Source of the DNA: Ylistrum balloti
Taxonomy: Eukaryota
Length of the DNA stretch: 64,000 nt
Direction: 5' to 3'
Assembly (NCBI RefSeq): GCF_031769215.1
Contig: NW_026781941.1
Span: 992,001-1,056,000, forward strand
Part shown: positions 61,702-64,000 of the stretch, piece after piece
Layout of the letters: the number at the start of each line of letters is the position of its first letter
Numbering within the stretch: position 1 is the stretch's first letter
Program-made: the position numbers and the translations under genes
Notes under the pieces: model-generated
Databases searched by the model: none
Seen by the model: only the letters and a program-made list of their open reading frames with translations
Told to the model about the DNA's origin: nothing

Positions 61702-63115
61702 GTAAGTCATCTAAACAGGTCATACCATGCTATGGTAGGTCATTTAGTCAGGCCATATTGTGCTATGGTAGGTCATTTAGTGAGGTCATACCATGCTATG
61801 GTAGGTCATTTAGTGAGGTCATACCGTGCTATGGTAGGTCATTTGGCCAGGTCATATCATGCTGTGGTAAGTCATCTAGCCATGTCATACCCTACTGTGT
61901 TAAGTCATCTAGCCATGTCATACCCTACAGTGGTAAGTCATCTAGCCATGTCATACCCTACTGTGGTAAGTCATCTAGCCATGTCATACCCTACTGTGTT
62001 AAGTCATCTAGCCATGTCATACCCTACTGTGTTAAGTCATCTAGCCATGTCATACCCTACTGTGGTAAGTCATCTAGCCATGTCATACCCTACTGTGGTA
62101 AGTCATCTAGCCATGTCATACCCTACTGTGGTAAGTCATCTAGCCATGTCATACCCTACTGTGGTAAGTCATCTAGCCATGTCATACCCTACTGTGGTAA
62201 GTCATCTAGCCATGTCATACCCTACTGGGGTAAGTCATCTAGCCATGTCATACCCTACTGTGGTAAGTCATCTAGCCATGTCATACCCTACTGTGGTAAG
62301 TCATCTAGCCATGTCATACCCTACTGTGGTAAGTCATCTAGCCATGTCATACCCTACTGTGGTAAGTCATCTAGCCATGTCATACCCTACTGTGGTAAGT
62401 CATCTAGCCATGTCATACCCTCTAGCCAGCTCATTCACTGCTGTGGTTAATCATCTAGGCAGATCATGCCTTGCTGTAATAACACATCTAACCAGGCCAT
62501 ACCCAGTTGTGGTAAATCATCTAGCCAGGTCATACCCTACTGTGGTAAGTCATCTAGCCATGTCATACCCTACTGTGGTAAGTCATCTAGCCATGTCATA
62601 CCCTACTGTGGTAAGTCATCTAGCCATGTCATACCCTACTGTGGTAAGTCATCTAGCCATGTCATACCCTACTGTGGTAAGTCATCTAGCCATGTCATAC
62701 CCTACTGTGGTAAGTCATCTAGCCATGTCATACCCTACTGTGGTAAGTCATCTAGCCATGTCATACCCTACTGTGGTAAGTCATCTAGCCATGTCATACC
62801 CTACTGTGGTAAGTCATCTAGCCATGTCATACCCTACTGTGGTAAGTCATCTAGCCATGTCATACCCTACTGTGGTAAGTCATCTAGCCATGTCATACCC
62901 TACTGTGGTAAGTCATCTAGCCATGTCATACCCTACTGTGGTAAGTCATCTAGCCAGCTCATTCACTGCTGTGGTTAATCATCTAGGCAGATCATGCCTT
63001 GCTGTAATAACACATCTAACCAGTCCATACCCAGTTGTGGTAAATCATCTAGCCAGGTCATACCCTGCTATTGTTATTAAAGTCACCTACCCAAGCCCCA
63101 CACTGCTGTGGTAAG
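61690..63115. repeat. 33-bp minisatellite (GTAAGTCATCTAGCCATGTCATACCCTACTGTG), about 43 copies, starting at the exon/intron junction
   Basis: Direct reading; the unit spans the splice donor TGTG|GTAAGT; open in frame as (VSHLAMSYPTV)n. Confidence 0.97.
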
Positions 63116-63359
63116 ACACCCTCCATCAGATAGAGTGACTTTTTGTCAACTTTGTCATTGAACATCAAATTCAAATGTCGCACAATGATTTACATGCAAA
63201 GACAGTACATGTTTTGTTAAAAACAAAGAAGAAACAAAAATGAAAAACTGGCTTTTAAGTATCAAAAGAAAGTCTAGATATGGGTATCTATGTTGATATG
63301 CAATAAAGGGATGTATGTGGTGGTCAGCATTTACAAGAAAAATTAATAGAAAGGTGAAT

Positions 63360-63836
63360 AGATGGTGAGCTTTTGCCATGGCACTGTGTCTGGCATCTGG
63401 TGTCAGTCAACCTTTTAACGAAATATTTTACTAGTCATGAATGACTGCACAGATTTCGAACAAATTTGGTTCTTTGGAGGAGAAGAACCAGGGGCCCAAA
63501 AGGGGAAATTTTACAAATTCTTTAAAATCCCACTCCTCCAGTAGGAATAAATGGATATTTGCCCAAATTTGGTTTGAAACATTCTAAGGTGAAAGGGAAT
63601 CAATCTTGCGTAAACATGAGGTCTCAGCCCCATTGGGCGGAAGGGGCAGGGCCGCATAGGAGCAATAAAGCAAATTATTTAAAATCTTTCTTCTGTAGAT
63701 ATATATATCTCCTAATTAGACCTGAAACTTACATAGGTTAAGAATAAGTAGTGTATAAATGGTGGGTCTGGACCTGTTAAATGATTGAATATCTGAATTA
63801 GTCAGGTAAGCAATGCAGGCCCATTTGGCCTCTTGT
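63360..63836 (+). mobile_element. Helentron/HINE-like non-autonomous element
   Basis: GGTGAGCTTTT near the start and CAGGTAAGC...GGCC...GGCCTCTTGT end; shares internal modules with 56395-56822. Confidence 0.5.
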
Positions 63837-63929
63837 ACTTGTTTTTTTTTCACCAATTGTTACCAAAATTGAAACCATCAGGTAGATTAATAAAATTGTC
63901 AATCAATAATGCTGTTTAAGATATACATG

Positions 63930-64000
63930 CCATTACATGTATGCTGTACCATTACGTGTATACTGTACCATTACATGTATGCTGTACCATTACGTGTATG
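63930..64000. repeat. 19-bp tandem repeat (CATTAC(A/G)TGTATGCTGTAC), truncated by the window edge
   Basis: Three full units and one partial unit visible. Confidence 0.85.

Noticed and set aside
61758-62978. ORFs (SSHVIPYCGKS)n of 230 and 170 aa
   Set aside because: Alternative frames of the 33-bp array; only the frame continuous with the exon is of interest.

Overview
Eukaryotic, AT-rich, intron-rich genomic DNA, most likely a bivalve mollusc; oyster-like repeat families are my inference, not a database match. Hand-spliced models give four complete genes: cytochrome c (-; start codon split by an intron), Rab18 (-; 206 aa), SPC25 (+; 243 aa; head-to-head with Rab18) and mitochondrial citrate synthase (+; 464 aa). 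A fifth gene, a Star-like type-II membrane FkbM/Methyltransf_21 protein (+), runs off the right edge. The rest holds transposon debris (LINE fragments, a Penelope-like RT, two pogo deletion derivatives, a lightly damaged Mutator element, Helentron/HINE-like and foldback-like elements) and seven minisatellite arrays. The most striking pattern is that three arrays are built from splice-junction sequence of their host gene. A 33-bp array gives 27 extra in-phase GTAAGT donors behind a methyltransferase exon. A 32-bp array copies the acceptor and first codons of the last SPC25 exon. A 34-bp array merges into the pyrimidine tract of SPC25 exon 4. The long ORFs in the supplied track at 46.9-48.7 kb are repeat artefacts. 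No CRISPR, rRNA or tRNA was seen.
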